Shown one piece after another: positions 1 through 10,556 of a DNA stretch of 64,000 nucleotides. A model generated the notes under the pieces. That model did not search any database. It had not been told where the DNA came from and saw nothing but the letters and a program-made list of their open reading frames with translations. The DNA is taken from positions 838 through 64,837 of the forward strand of contig JALONK010000003.1 in the NCBI GenBank assembly GCA_025454975.1, written 5' to 3'. The number at the start of each line of letters is the position of its first letter. Position 1 is the first letter of the stretch. Source of the DNA: Bacteroidia bacterium. Lineage in GTDB: Bacteria > Bacteroidota > Bacteroidia > UKL13-3. The translations under genes and the position numbers were made by a program.

Positions 1-89
1 TTCACACTCCTTCAAATTTGTCTATCCGTGTCGCACTTTAAAAATTACCTTTTTATATCATGGCCAGGCAATCTAACTAGTGTTAGTCG

Positions 90-103
90 CCACTTTCGCC
101 CAC
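90..103 (-). promoter_or_regulatory. Inverted second copy of the MraZ operator
   Basis: Reverse complement of 90-103 is GTGGGCGAAAGTGG, 13/14 identical to 197-210 (GTGGGGGAAAGTGG). Confidence 0.55.
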
Positions 104-196
104 AAATTTAAATCATATATTACTCACTGATTTTGTGATATTTATAATTTACACTGTAGAAAATAAAACCATTATTTATCAATAATTTTCCACAAA

Positions 197-221
197 GTGG
201 GGGAAAGTGGAGGAATGTGGG
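197..221 (+). promoter_or_regulatory. MraZ operator (three GTGG(G/A) direct repeats, 10-bp period)
   Basis: GTGGG 197-201, GTGGA 207-211, GTGGG 217-221 directly upstream of mraZ; matches the known MraZ binding-site architecture. Confidence 0.85.
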
Positions 222-263
222 TTTTTTTGATTTAGTTTAGCGGAATCATAAAACACAAAAAAA

Positions 264-731
264 TTGTCGCAGCTACACGGAGAATATCAATGTAAACTGG
301 ATGCAAAAGGAAGGCTAATTATTCCTGCTGCATTGAAGAAACAATTGCCTGAGCAATCCGGTAACGTGTTTTTTATTAACCGAGGATTTGAGAAATGTTG
401 TGTGATTTATCCTAAGCAAGAATGGGATGCTATTGCAACAGAAATAAATAAGTTGAGCGATTACATAAAAAAGGAGCGGGAATTTAAACGATACTTTTTG
501 CGTGGTGCAAGCATGCTGGAAATGGATAATGCAAACAGAATTCTGGTCCCTAAAAATATGTTGGAATATGCAGGTGTTGAACAAGCTGACATTGTACTAC
601 TGGCTTATGGGAATAAGATAGAATTATGGAGCAAGGCCGGATATGAAAAAATGCTTAATGAAGAGCCTGAAGATTTTAGTGCACTTGCAGAAGAAGTAAT
701 GAGTAAAAGAAATAACAACCCTACTCTATAA
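264..731 (+). CDS. mraZ: Division/cell wall cluster transcriptional repressor MraZ (TTG start)
   Basis: Two DAKGRL / DNANRIL AbrB-like repeats; first gene of the dcw cluster. Confidence 0.97.
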   Translation: MSQLHGEYQCKLDAKGRLIIPAALKKQLPEQSGNVFFINRGFEKCCVIYPKQEWDAIATEINKLSDYIKKEREFKRYFLRGASMLEMDNANRILVPKNMLEYAGVEQADIVLLAYGNKIELWSKAGYEKMLNEEPEDFSALAEEVMSKRNNNPTL

Positions 732-743
732 TAATATTTATAA

Positions 744-1652
744 ATGTCAACTACCTATCACATACCGGTAATGCTGAATGAATGCCTTGAAGGTTTAGCG
801 ATTAAACCTGATGGTGTTTATGTTGATGTTACATTTGGCGGTGGTGGACACTCTAAAGCTATTCTGCAGGTATTAAGTGAAAAGGGCCGAGTAATTGCGT
901 TTGATCAGGATGAAGACGCTAAACGTAATTTACCACAAGACAGTCGTTTCATCTTTATTGATCAAAACTTCGAATACATCAGCAACCATCTGTTATATCA
1001 AGGTTTTGGTGAAGTTGATGGGATATTAGCCGACTTGGGAGTTTCTTCTCATCAATTCGATGAAGGGTCTAGGGGTTTTAGTTATCGTTACGATGAAGCG
1101 GCTTTAGACATGAGGATGAATAATACTGTAGGCACCTCGGCAGCCGATATTTTAAACACTGCAGATGAAGACAGTATTGCTAATATTTTCTATTTATATG
1201 GAGAACTTAATCATTCAAAAGCAATGGCCAAAAAAATAATTGCCGGCAGATTAAGTAAGAGGATTCATACTATTGGCGACTTGAAAATTACACTTCAATC
1301 TTTTGCACCCAAATTTAATGATTATAAATTTTGGGGACAGGTGTTTCAAGCTTTAAGAATTGAAGTGAACAACGAATTAGTTGTTCTAAAAAAGTTTTTA
1401 GAACAATGTTCAATGCTTATTAAGCCCGGAGGTAGGTTGGTGGTGATGAGCTATCATTCGTTGGAAGATCGCTTAGTTAAACATTTTATACAAAGTGGAA
1501 ATGTGGAGGGTAAGTTGGAGAAAGATTTTTACGGAAACCTTATTAAACCATTTAATGCAATTAATAGAAAAGCAATAACAGCCAATGATAATGAACTTAA
1601 TTTAAATAACAGGGCACGTAGTGCTAAATTAAGAATAGCAGAAAAAGTATAA
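744..1652 (+). CDS. rsmH: 16S rRNA m4C1402 methyltransferase RsmH
   Basis: HIPVML, DVTFGGGGHS, DLGVSSHQFD, LDMRM, SYHSLEDR and RARSAKLR motifs. Confidence 0.98.
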   Translation: MSTTYHIPVMLNECLEGLAIKPDGVYVDVTFGGGGHSKAILQVLSEKGRVIAFDQDEDAKRNLPQDSRFIFIDQNFEYISNHLLYQGFGEVDGILADLGVSSHQFDEGSRGFSYRYDEAALDMRMNNTVGTSAADILNTADEDSIANIFYLYGELNHSKAMAKKIIAGRLSKRIHTIGDLKITLQSFAPKFNDYKFWGQVFQALRIEVNNELVVLKKFLEQCSMLIKPGGRLVVMSYHSLEDRLVKHFIQSGNVEGKLEKDFYGNLIKPFNAINRKAITANDNELNLNNRARSAKLRIAEKV

Positions 1653-2036
1653 ATGAGTAACAGAATAATAACACCAGAAGAGCAAGAGCAAGCCGAAGAA
1701 ACTGTTAAGCCTAAAGAACCTTCACGCTTAACTAATACGGTTCAAAAAATTGCTGACTTTGATTTTAACCTCAATCGTGATTGGATGGTTAAACAAATTC
1801 CGTTTGCCTTTTTTGTTCTTTTTCTTTTGCTATTGCATATCTATAATGTTCATACCACTGAAAGAATAATTAGAAATACCGACCAATTGAATAAGGAAGT
1901 AAAAGAGCTTCACTCGGAATATATCACCATATTAAGTGAGCTAATGAGTGAAAGCAAACAGTCAACCGTTGCTTCAAAATTAGATACACTTGGAATAAAA
2001 GAATTAACAACACCACCAATAAAAATTACATACTAA
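1653..2036 (+). CDS. ftsL: FtsL-like cell division protein
   Basis: Lies between rsmH and ftsI; single TM helix followed by a coiled coil (LNKEVKELHSEY). Confidence 0.85.
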   Translation: MSNRIITPEEQEQAEETVKPKEPSRLTNTVQKIADFDFNLNRDWMVKQIPFAFFVLFLLLLHIYNVHTTERIIRNTDQLNKEVKELHSEYITILSELMSESKQSTVASKLDTLGIKELTTPPIKITY

Positions 2037-2042
2037 CCAGAA

Positions 2043-4172
2043 ATGGCAGCTAATGTTAGAAAAGTAATATTGATAAGAACTTACACCGCATTTACTTTAA
2101 TGTGTGTGTTTGCTGCTGCTATAGTATACACACTATTTAAAATTCAATTTATTGAGAAAGAAAAGTGGGTGCAAATGAGTGAAGACCTTAGCACAACTAT
2201 ACAAACAATAGAACCGGTGCGAGGTACCATATTTGCTAACGATGGAAGCGTGTTGGCTACCTCGTTACCTATTTACGATTTACGTATAGATGCTAAAGCT
2301 CCCGGATTTGCTAAAAATGACATTTTCGAAAATAATGTTGATTCGCTTTCTCTTTTATTATCTCAACTGTTTCAAGACAGAAGTAAAGGAGAATACAAAA
2401 GAATTCTTACCGGTATAAAAAGAAGAAAAGAACGCTACTATCTATTAAAACGAAAGGTAACCTACCCACAAATGAAGGCAGTAAAAAGCTTTCCAATTTT
2501 TAGGTTAGGGAAATACAAAGGTGGTTTAACTATTGAAGAAAAAAATAAACGAGAAAAACCATTCGGATATTTAGCAGAGCGAACAATAGGTTACAGTGTT
2601 AAAGGTGTTGCACCGGTAGGATTGGAAGGCGCTTACAACACTGAACTCAGCGGAAAAGAAGGTAAAAGAGCTATGCAAAGAATTGCAGGCGGTACATGGA
2701 TTCCTTTAAATGATGAGCAACAAATTGAAGCAAGGAATGGGAATGATATTCATACTACAATTGATGTAAATCTACAGGATGTTGCTACTCATGCTTTAAT
2801 GAGAACGCTTACCCAAAATGATGCTGCTTGGGGAACTGCAATTTTAATGGAAGTGAAAACAGGTGAAATTAGAGCTATTGCAAATCTTACCAAAGTGTCT
2901 GAAGGTGTATATACAGAAAATTATAACTATGCAGTTGGCGAGAGTTTAGAACCCGGATCAACCTTTAAATTGGCAAGTGCACTTGCACTTCTGGAAGATA
3001 AATATGTGAAAATGACCGACCAATTTGATACGGAAAACGGTGAAAAAAAATATTTTGAAACAGCAATAATGTATGATAGTGAAAGAGGAGGCCATGGTAT
3101 AGTTAGCTTTCAGCAAGCTTTTGAAATATCATCTAATGTTGCTATTTCTAAAGCTATTTATCAGTACTATAAAAGTAATCCAACCAAATACTACAAACAC
3201 TTGGAAAGGTTACATTTCACCACAACCCTTGGCCTTCAAATAAAAGGAGAAGGTAAACCTCGTATTAAACATCCTAAAGATAATGATTGGTATGGAACCA
3301 CTTTACCATGGAGTAGTATTGGTTATGAAGTGAAGGTTACTCCGATGCAAGTACTTACTTTATATAATGCCGTAGCCAATAACGGCAAGATGGTAAAACC
3401 TTTCTTTGTTAAAAAAATAACACAAACAGGGAAACTTATAAAAGAGTATAAAACCGAAGTTATTGAAGATAAGATTGCGGGCGAAGCAACTATTAAAAAT
3501 TTACGGATAATGATGGAAGGAGTTGTTGAACGAGGTACAGCCAGATCGCTTAAAAATCCAAACTATTCTGTTGGAGGAAAAACAGGTACCGCACTTGTAG
3601 CCGATGGAAGAAAAGGTTACAAGGAAAAAATTTATCGCTCCTCATTCTGTGGTTATTTCCCTGCTGATAATCCACAATATACTTGTATGGTTATGGTTAA
3701 TGCACCCAGTAAAGGTATTTATTATGGTGGAGCTGTAGCCGGACCTGTATTTAAAGAAATTGCCGATAAAGTATATGCCAACAGTCATAACCTTCATGGT
3801 GATATAAAATTGATACTGGCAAATAATAATGAACTGCCGATAGAAATAAAAAATGGATTTAAAACACATGTGAATACCGTACTATCAAAATTAGGTTACA
3901 ATTTAAAACTTGATTCAGATAGTATTGAAGAAAGTGGTAGCGAATGGATACAAGGAATTGTTAATACCAAACAAAGTAACATCTATACTAAAAATATACC
4001 TACCAAAATGGTACCAGATGTATCAGGTATGGGTATAAAAAATGCCATTTATTTACTGGAAAACATAGGCTTAAAAGTACAGGTAAATGGTGCCGGAAAA
4101 GTGAAAAGTCAATCCATTCCGGCAGGAACAACAATTATAAAAGGTGCAACAATAAAATTAATCCTAAGTTGA
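2043..4172 (+). CDS. ftsI: Septal transpeptidase PBP3/FtsI with C-terminal PASTA domain
   Basis: N-terminal TM, RGTI dimerisation motif, EPGSTFK (SxxK), SSN (SxN), GKTGT (KTG), PDVSGM PASTA-like tail. Confidence 0.95.
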   Translation: MAANVRKVILIRTYTAFTLMCVFAAAIVYTLFKIQFIEKEKWVQMSEDLSTTIQTIEPVRGTIFANDGSVLATSLPIYDLRIDAKAPGFAKNDIFENNVDSLSLLLSQLFQDRSKGEYKRILTGIKRRKERYYLLKRKVTYPQMKAVKSFPIFRLGKYKGGLTIEEKNKREKPFGYLAERTIGYSVKGVAPVGLEGAYNTELSGKEGKRAMQRIAGGTWIPLNDEQQIEARNGNDIHTTIDVNLQDVATHALMRTLTQNDAAWGTAILMEVKTGEIRAIANLTKVSEGVYTENYNYAVGESLEPGSTFKLASALALLEDKYVKMTDQFDTENGEKKYFETAIMYDSERGGHGIVSFQQAFEISSNVAISKAIYQYYKSNPTKYYKHLERLHFTTTLGLQIKGEGKPRIKHPKDNDWYGTTLPWSSIGYEVKVTPMQVLTLYNAVANNGKMVKPFFVKKITQTGKLIKEYKTEVIEDKIAGEATIKNLRIMMEGVVERGTARSLKNPNYSVGGKTGTALVADGRKGYKEKIYRSSFCGYFPADNPQYTCMVMVNAPSKGIYYGGAVAGPVFKEIADKVYANSHNLHGDIKLILANNNELPIEIKNGFKTHVNTVLSKLGYNLKLDSDSIEESGSEWIQGIVNTKQSNIYTKNIPTKMVPDVSGMGIKNAIYLLENIGLKVQVNGAGKVKSQSIPAGTTIIKGATIKLILS

Positions 4173-4173
4173 T

Positions 4174-5634
4174 ATGATACCCATAAAAAAACTAATAAAA
4201 GAAGGCAAGTTTTATGGCAATATTGATGTTGCTGTTGAAGGATTAATTTATGATTCAAGAGAAGCTAAAAGTGGTATGCTATTCTTTGCTGTTAAAGGAA
4301 CGCAAACCGATGGTCATGTATATATTGAAGATGTTATAAATAAAGGAGTTTCTGTTATATGTTGTGAAACCTTACCAAACCGGTTGCATGCCAATATCAC
4401 TTATATACAAGTTGAAAATTCGGCTGAGACAATGGGTATAGCAGCTTCGCAATTTTATAATGAGCCTTCCAAAAAATTGAAATTAGTAGCGGTAACAGGT
4501 ACCAATGGAAAAACAACTGTTGCCACTTTATTATTTAAATTATTCCGCTCATTCAATCATGATTGTGGCCTGTTATCTACTGTTCAAAATCAAATCAACG
4601 ACCAAATCATCCCTTCTACGCATACTACCCCTGATAGCATAAAAATTAATGCTCTTCTACACCAAATGGTTCAGCAGGGTTGTGAATATGCTTTTATGGA
4701 AGCAAGCTCCCATGCCATACATCAGCATCGTATTAGTGGACTTTACTTTGCAGGTGTTGTTTTTACAAACATTACTCACGACCATTTAGATTATCATGGA
4801 ACATTTGCAAATTACATTCAAGCGAAGAAAAAATTATTCGATGATGTGAATTCGGATGCCTTTGCTTTAACAAATAAAGACGATAAAAATGGCTCAGTGA
4901 TGTTGCAAAACACAAAAGCTACAAGATATACTTATGCCATAAAATCAACAGCGGATTTTAAAGCTAAGATTATTGAAAGTGACTTTACTGGCATGCTATT
5001 GTCTATTAATGACCAAGAAGCGTGGTTTCGATTGGTTGGTAACTTTAATGCATACAACCTATTGGCCATATACGGTACAGCATTCCTTCTTGGTAAAGAC
5101 AAACATGAAATTATCACCCATCTAAGTAATCTTGAGGCAGTAAAAGGAAGATTTGAATATGTAAGAAGTGAACTCGGCACTATTGCTATTATTGATTATG
5201 CTCATACACCTGATGCACTAAAAAACATCCTTGATACCATAAATGAAATTCGAACAAAGAATGAAAAATTAATAACGGTTGTGGGTTGTGGAGGTAATAG
5301 AGATGCTGCTAAAAGACCTGTGATGGGAGATATAGCGTCGGAACTAAGTACACACGTAATCTTTACAAGCGACAATCCAAGAAACGAAAATCCTGAAACC
5401 ATTTTAGATGATATGCAAAGTGGAGTTAAACCACTTCATTATAAAAAAACATTACGCATATCAGATAGAAAGGAAGCTATTAAAGCCGCAGTCGCACAAT
5501 CAGGCAAAGGAGATATCATTCTTATTGCAGGTAAAGGACATGAAAACTATCAAGAAATAAATGGTATTAAATATCCCTTTGATGATAAAGATACCGTAAA
5601 TGAATTATTTAAAATTATGCATCAACAAAACTGA
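4174..5634 (+). CDS. murE: UDP-MurNAc-dipeptide meso-DAP ligase MurE
   Basis: [10 protein letters not shown]-loop, [19 protein letters not shown] meso-DAP specificity motif. Confidence 0.97.
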   Translation: MIPIKKLIKEGKFYGNIDVAVEGLIYDSREAKSGMLFFAVKGTQTDGHVYIEDVINKGVSVICCETLPNRLHANITYIQVENSAETMGIAASQFYNEPSKKLKLVAVTGTNGKTTVATLLFKLFRSFNHDCGLLSTVQNQINDQIIPSTHTTPDSIKINALLHQMVQQGCEYAFMEASSHAIHQHRISGLYFAGVVFTNITHDHLDYHGTFANYIQAKKKLFDDVNSDAFALTNKDDKNGSVMLQNTKATRYTYAIKSTADFKAKIIESDFTGMLLSINDQEAWFRLVGNFNAYNLLAIYGTAFLLGKDKHEIITHLSNLEAVKGRFEYVRSELGTIAIIDYAHTPDALKNILDTINEIRTKNEKLITVVGCGGNRDAAKRPVMGDIASELSTHVIFTSDNPRNENPETILDDMQSGVKPLHYKKTLRISDRKEAIKAAVAQSGKGDIILIAGKGHENYQEINGIKYPFDDKDTVNELFKIMHQQN

Positions 5635-5648
5635 TAATCCCTAACACC

Positions 5649-6917
5649 ATGCTCTACTATTTATTTGATTATTTAAACAAAGAATTTGACTTCCCGGGAG
5701 CCGGAATGTTTCAATACATTTCTTTTAGGGCTGCTATGGCTATAATTTTATCGCTAACCATTACAACAATTTTTGGGAAGCGATTGATCAACATGTTACG
5801 TAATTTACAAGTTGCTGAAACTGTAAGGAACTTGGGACTTGAGGGCGAAAAGCAAAAACAAGGTACGCCAACAATGGGTGGATTAATTATTCTTGGAGCC
5901 ATATTGTTACCTACCTTATTATTTGCTCGTTTAAGTAATGTATATATCATTCTTATTCTACTATCAACAATTTGGCTTGGTTTAGTAGGCTTCTTAGATG
6001 ATTACATTAAAGTATTCAAGAAAAACAAAGAAGGTCTTGCAGGGCGATTTAAAGTAATGGGACAAGTAGGACTAGGTATTATTGTTGCAACTACTTTGTA
6101 TTTTAATCAACATGTAAAAATTAGAGAATTTTACAAGCCCGAAGAAGTAACAACTGAATTTATTAAAGAACATCATTTAGTAAGTACAATGGTTGATGGC
6201 GAAATGATGTTAGCTAAAGATTCGCGCTCAACAACTACTACCATTCCATTTTTTAAATCATCATATTTCGATTACGCCAACCTCTTGAAATTTATTGGAA
6301 ATAGCTATAAGGATTACAATTTTATAGTGTATTTATTAGTAGTTATTTTTATCATCACTGCCGTATCAAATGGAGCAAATATTACCGATGGTATTGATGG
6401 TTTAGCAGCAGGAGCATCAGCAATAATTGGAGTTACTTTAGGAATTCTTGCCTATGTATCAGGGAACGTTGTTTTCAGTAAATACTTAAACATTATGTAC
6501 ATCCCGCACTTGGGTGAAATGGTAATATTTGCAGGAGCCTTCGTTGGAGCATGTGTTGGCTTTCTTTGGTATAACAGCTACCCTGCACAAGTATTTATGG
6601 GTGATACAGGAAGCTTAGCTTTAGGCGGAATCATTGCATCATTTAGTTTAATGATTAGAAAGGAACTTCTCATTCCTATCCTCTGTGGAATATTTCTAAT
6701 CGAAAATCTATCTGTAATCCTTCAAGTGTATTATTTCAAGTATCAAAAGAAAAAGCATGGAATTGAATATGCTAGAGAACATAGACTATTTCGTATGTCA
6801 CCTCTTCATCATCATTACCAAAAAGGAGGATACCATGAAGCTAAAATTGTTACCAGATTTTGGATCATCGGAATTTTACTTGCTGTTGTAACCATATTAA
6901 CACTAAAGATTAGGTAA
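5649..6917 (+). CDS. mraY: Phospho-MurNAc-pentapeptide transferase MraY
   Basis: [43 protein letters not shown] motifs. Confidence 0.98.
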   Translation: MLYYLFDYLNKEFDFPGAGMFQYISFRAAMAIILSLTITTIFGKRLINMLRNLQVAETVRNLGLEGEKQKQGTPTMGGLIILGAILLPTLLFARLSNVYIILILLSTIWLGLVGFLDDYIKVFKKNKEGLAGRFKVMGQVGLGIIVATTLYFNQHVKIREFYKPEEVTTEFIKEHHLVSTMVDGEMMLAKDSRSTTTTIPFFKSSYFDYANLLKFIGNSYKDYNFIVYLLVVIFIITAVSNGANITDGIDGLAAGASAIIGVTLGILAYVSGNVVFSKYLNIMYIPHLGEMVIFAGAFVGACVGFLWYNSYPAQVFMGDTGSLALGGIIASFSLMIRKELLIPILCGIFLIENLSVILQVYYFKYQKKKHGIEYAREHRLFRMSPLHHHYQKGGYHEAKIVTRFWIIGILLAVVTILTLKIR

Positions 6918-6922
6918 ACAGT

Positions 6923-8263
6923 ATGAAAAGAATAGTGATTTTAGGTAGTGGAGAAAGCGGAACAGGAGCAGCATTACTGGCCCAAAAAGTCGGTTATGAT
7001 GTTTTTGTATCTGATGCAGGAACTATTCCTTTAATTTTCAAAGAAGAGTTGCTACAAGCTAATATCTTATTTGAAGAAGGTACTCATACCCTATCACTAA
7101 TTTTAAGCGCTACAGAAATTATAAAAAGCCCGGGTATCCCTGACCACGTTGATATAATTAAAAAAGCTCGAGAACTAAATATTCCGATAATTAATGAATT
7201 GGAGTTTGCATACCGTTATACTCAAGCAAAAATTATAGGTATTACAGGTACTAATGGAAAAACAACAACTACTAGTTTAATATATCACCTACTTAAACAA
7301 GCAGGTTACGATGCTGCACTTGCAGGCAACATAGGCACAAGTATGGCAAGGCTTCTTGTAGAAAGAGATTATGAATATTTCGTATTAGAAATAAGCAGCT
7401 TTCAACTTGATAATATGTATGATTTTAAAGTGAACTATGCAGTATTATGTAACATAACACCCGACCACCTTGACCGTTATGAGTATGAGTTAAAAAATTA
7501 TATCAGATCTAAATTTCGAATCACACAAAATCAAACACAAGAAGACGTTTTTGTGTATTGTGGCGATGATGAATTAAGTATTAATAATATAAACTTAAAA
7601 AATACCGGAGCTAAACTTATTCCATTTTATTACCAAACACCTACCGATGTAGGTGCCTATATATCCAATGGTGTAATTACCGTAAATACATCTGAAAATA
7701 AAAATCCATTTACTATGCAAATAAATGAACTGGCACTAAGAGGCCGACACAATGCCTACAACTCAATGGCAGCAGCCATTATTGGTCAAGTACTCAACAT
7801 CAAAAAAGAAACCATTCGCGAAAGTTTGATGAATTTTACAAACATCGAACATCGCCTAGAAAGTGTTCAAACAGTTGGTGGTATTGAGTATATTAACGAC
7901 TCAAAAGCAACTAATGTAAATTCAGCTTGGTATGCTTTAGAAAGCATGGAAAAACCGGTGGTTTGGATTGCTGGGGGTGTTGACAAAGGAAACGATTACT
8001 CGATGCTTAAAGAATTAGTTAAAGAAAAAGTACGAATCATTGTTTGTCTTGGTTTAGATAATAGAAAACTTCATGAAGCCTTCGGAACAGATGTTGATAT
8101 GATGGTTAATACGAGCAGTATGAAAGAAGCGGTTCATGTGGCCAAACAACTAGCCAAAAAAGGTGAAGCCGTTTTGCTTTCGCCTGCCTGTGCTTCATTT
8201 GATTTGTTTAAAAACTATGAAGACAGGGGAAGACAATTTAAAAAAGAGGTAAAAGAGTTATAA
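6923..8263 (+). CDS. murD: UDP-MurNAc-L-Ala-D-Glu ligase MurD
   Basis: [38 protein letters not shown] motifs. Confidence 0.98.
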   Translation: MKRIVILGSGESGTGAALLAQKVGYDVFVSDAGTIPLIFKEELLQANILFEEGTHTLSLILSATEIIKSPGIPDHVDIIKKARELNIPIINELEFAYRYTQAKIIGITGTNGKTTTTSLIYHLLKQAGYDAALAGNIGTSMARLLVERDYEYFVLEISSFQLDNMYDFKVNYAVLCNITPDHLDRYEYELKNYIRSKFRITQNQTQEDVFVYCGDDELSINNINLKNTGAKLIPFYYQTPTDVGAYISNGVITVNTSENKNPFTMQINELALRGRHNAYNSMAAAIIGQVLNIKKETIRESLMNFTNIEHRLESVQTVGGIEYINDSKATNVNSAWYALESMEKPVVWIAGGVDKGNDYSMLKELVKEKVRIIVCLGLDNRKLHEAFGTDVDMMVNTSSMKEAVHVAKQLAKKGEAVLLSPACASFDLFKNYEDRGRQFKKEVKEL

Positions 8264-8278
8264 TTTTTAAATTATAGA

Positions 8279-9457
8279 ATGACAACCTGGGAGAAAATAA
8301 GACCTAGAGGCGACTTCTTTATGTGGATGGTTATCTTTGTTCTCAGTTTTTGGGGACTGGCAGCTATCTACAGCAGCACCGGTGCACTTGCATATAAAAA
8401 GCAAGGTGGCATCGTTGAAATTTATTTACTCCAACAAGTTGCTCTAATTACCGGTGGGTTCTTCTTAATGTTTATTGTTCATTCTATCCATTATAAATAC
8501 TTCATCGGCCTTTCTAAACTGCTTATTTGGATAACATACCCATTGCTAATTTACACCTTGATTTTTGGCATAGAAATTAATGGTGCACGTAGATGGATAA
8601 ATTTGTTCGGAGTTACTTTTCAAACTTCCGACTTTGCAAAATTAGCAATCATAATGTTTGTTACCCGTGAGCTGTCGAGAAAACAAGATACCATTGATGA
8701 TTTCAAAAAAACTTTCCTACCTATATTAGGCCATATAACAGCAATCTGTTTATTAATTGCACCGGAAAATTTAAGTACAGCAATGGTTTTGTTTGCAACT
8801 TGTTTTCTGATTTTATTTATTGGAAGAGTAAAAATTAAACATCTAGCATTAATAACAGGTATTGTTGGTATAACAGGAATTTTATTTTTTACTTTACTCT
8901 TTTTAGCGCCCGAAAAAACACTGAAAGGAAGAATGCTCACTTGGAAAAACAGGGTTGAATCATTTAGTAAAAAAGAAACTGATCCTGATAAAACCTACCA
9001 AAATGACCATGCTAAAATAGCTATAGCCACCGGAGGAATATTTGGTAAACTTCCGGGAAATAGTGCCGAAAGAAACTTTTTACCTGAAGCTTATTCCGAT
9101 TTTATCTATGCAATTATCGCAGAAGAATATGGTCTTGTAGGAGCACTTATAATGCTAATGCTGTATATCTTCTTTCTTTACCGATCTATCAGAATTGTTA
9201 TAAGAAGTCCGAAAGCTTTTGGTGCACTAATTGCCGTTGGTTTAAGTTTTTCATTAGTGTTGCAAGCTATGATTAACATGGCCGTTGCAGTTAATTTATT
9301 TCCTGTTACCGGACTTACATTGCCTTTAGTGAGTAAAGGCGGAACCTCAATATTATTAACTTCGGTTGCCTTTGGTGTAATTATGAGTGTAAGCAGATAT
9401 GTTGAGGAAGATGAGCCGGAGATTGCCGATCCTAAAGCAGAACAATTAAGTGTATGA
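8279..9457 (+). CDS. ftsW: SEDS glycosyltransferase FtsW
   Basis: Multi-TM protein; GARRWI, FLPEAYSDFI, TGLTLPLVSKGGTS; dcw position. Confidence 0.95.
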   Translation: MTTWEKIRPRGDFFMWMVIFVLSFWGLAAIYSSTGALAYKKQGGIVEIYLLQQVALITGGFFLMFIVHSIHYKYFIGLSKLLIWITYPLLIYTLIFGIEINGARRWINLFGVTFQTSDFAKLAIIMFVTRELSRKQDTIDDFKKTFLPILGHITAICLLIAPENLSTAMVLFATCFLILFIGRVKIKHLALITGIVGITGILFFTLLFLAPEKTLKGRMLTWKNRVESFSKKETDPDKTYQNDHAKIAIATGGIFGKLPGNSAERNFLPEAYSDFIYAIIAEEYGLVGALIMLMLYIFFLYRSIRIVIRSPKAFGALIAVGLSFSLVLQAMINMAVAVNLFPVTGLTLPLVSKGGTSILLTSVAFGVIMSVSRYVEEDEPEIADPKAEQLSV

Positions 9458-10551
9458 GTGCCGATAAAAAATATAAAATAATTATAAGTGGAGGCGGAAC
9501 AGGTGGTCATATCTACCCGGCCATTGCTGTTGCACAAGCACTGCAAAAAAAATTCAATCAAGTAGAAATACTTTTTGTTGGAGCCAAAGGAAGAATGGAA
9601 ATGGAAAAAGTTCCTAAAGCGGGATATCCAATAATTGGTTTATGGATTAGTGGACTTCAAAGAAGTTTATCTGTTAAAAATCTATTGTTTCCTTTTAAAG
9701 TAATTATTAGTGTTTGGAAAAGTTTATCAATTATTAGAAGTTACAAACCGGATGCTGTAATAGGCTTTGGAGGATATGCGAGCGGAGCTATGGTATATGC
9801 TGCTACGTTAAAAAAAATACCTGCCATTATACATGAACAAAATTCATTTGCAGGTATTACAAATAAAATACTAAAAAATAGGGTTAACAGTATTTGTGTT
9901 GCTTATGATAATATGGGACGATTTTTTCCTGAACGTAAGCTTATTAAAACCGGTAATCCGATTCGCATGGATTTATTGGAGGTTGATAAAAATAAGTCGG
10001 TTGCCTATGCACATTTTGGTTTAAGCGAAAATAAAAAAACTGTATTGGTGATTGGTGGTAGCTTAGGTGCACGCACAATTAACGAAAGTATATTTGAAGG
10101 TTTACACGAATTTGCTAAACACGATATACAGGTGTTATGGCAAACAGGGAAAAATTTTTCAGCTTCAACAACTGTAACTCAAGAAGGAATAAAAGTTACT
10201 TCATTTATTTATGAAATGAACCTGGCCTATGCAATTGCAGATGTAGTTATTTCGAGAGCCGGAGCATTAAGCATCGCTGAGTTGGCACAAGTTAGAAAAC
10301 CTGTAATACTCGTTCCTTCGCCAAACGTTGCCGAAAACCATCAAATGAAAAATGCATTATCGCTGGTTGAACTAGATGCAGCAGTTTTGGTAGAAGACAA
10401 GGATGCCAAAGGCAACTTGGTATCTACTTGCATTGCGCTGGTTCAGAATGACATAAAACAGGTACAATTAAAAAATAACATCGCCACATTTGCCATACCT
10501 GATGCAGCTGATAGAATTGTGCAGGAAGTGGTAAGGGTTATCAAACATTAG
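9454..10551 (+). CDS. murG: Undecaprenyl-PP-MurNAc-pentapeptide GlcNAc transferase MurG
   Basis: GGGTGGHIYPA, HEQN, GGSLGA, SRAGA, HQMKNA; 4-bp ATGA overlap with ftsW. Confidence 0.98.
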   Translation: MSADKKYKIIISGGGTGGHIYPAIAVAQALQKKFNQVEILFVGAKGRMEMEKVPKAGYPIIGLWISGLQRSLSVKNLLFPFKVIISVWKSLSIIRSYKPDAVIGFGGYASGAMVYAATLKKIPAIIHEQNSFAGITNKILKNRVNSICVAYDNMGRFFPERKLIKTGNPIRMDLLEVDKNKSVAYAHFGLSENKKTVLVIGGSLGARTINESIFEGLHEFAKHDIQVLWQTGKNFSASTTVTQEGIKVTSFIYEMNLAYAIADVVISRAGALSIAELAQVRKPVILVPSPNVAENHQMKNALSLVELDAAVLVEDKDAKGNLVSTCIALVQNDIKQVQLKNNIATFAIPDAADRIVQEVVRVIKH

Positions 10552-10556
10552 CAAAC

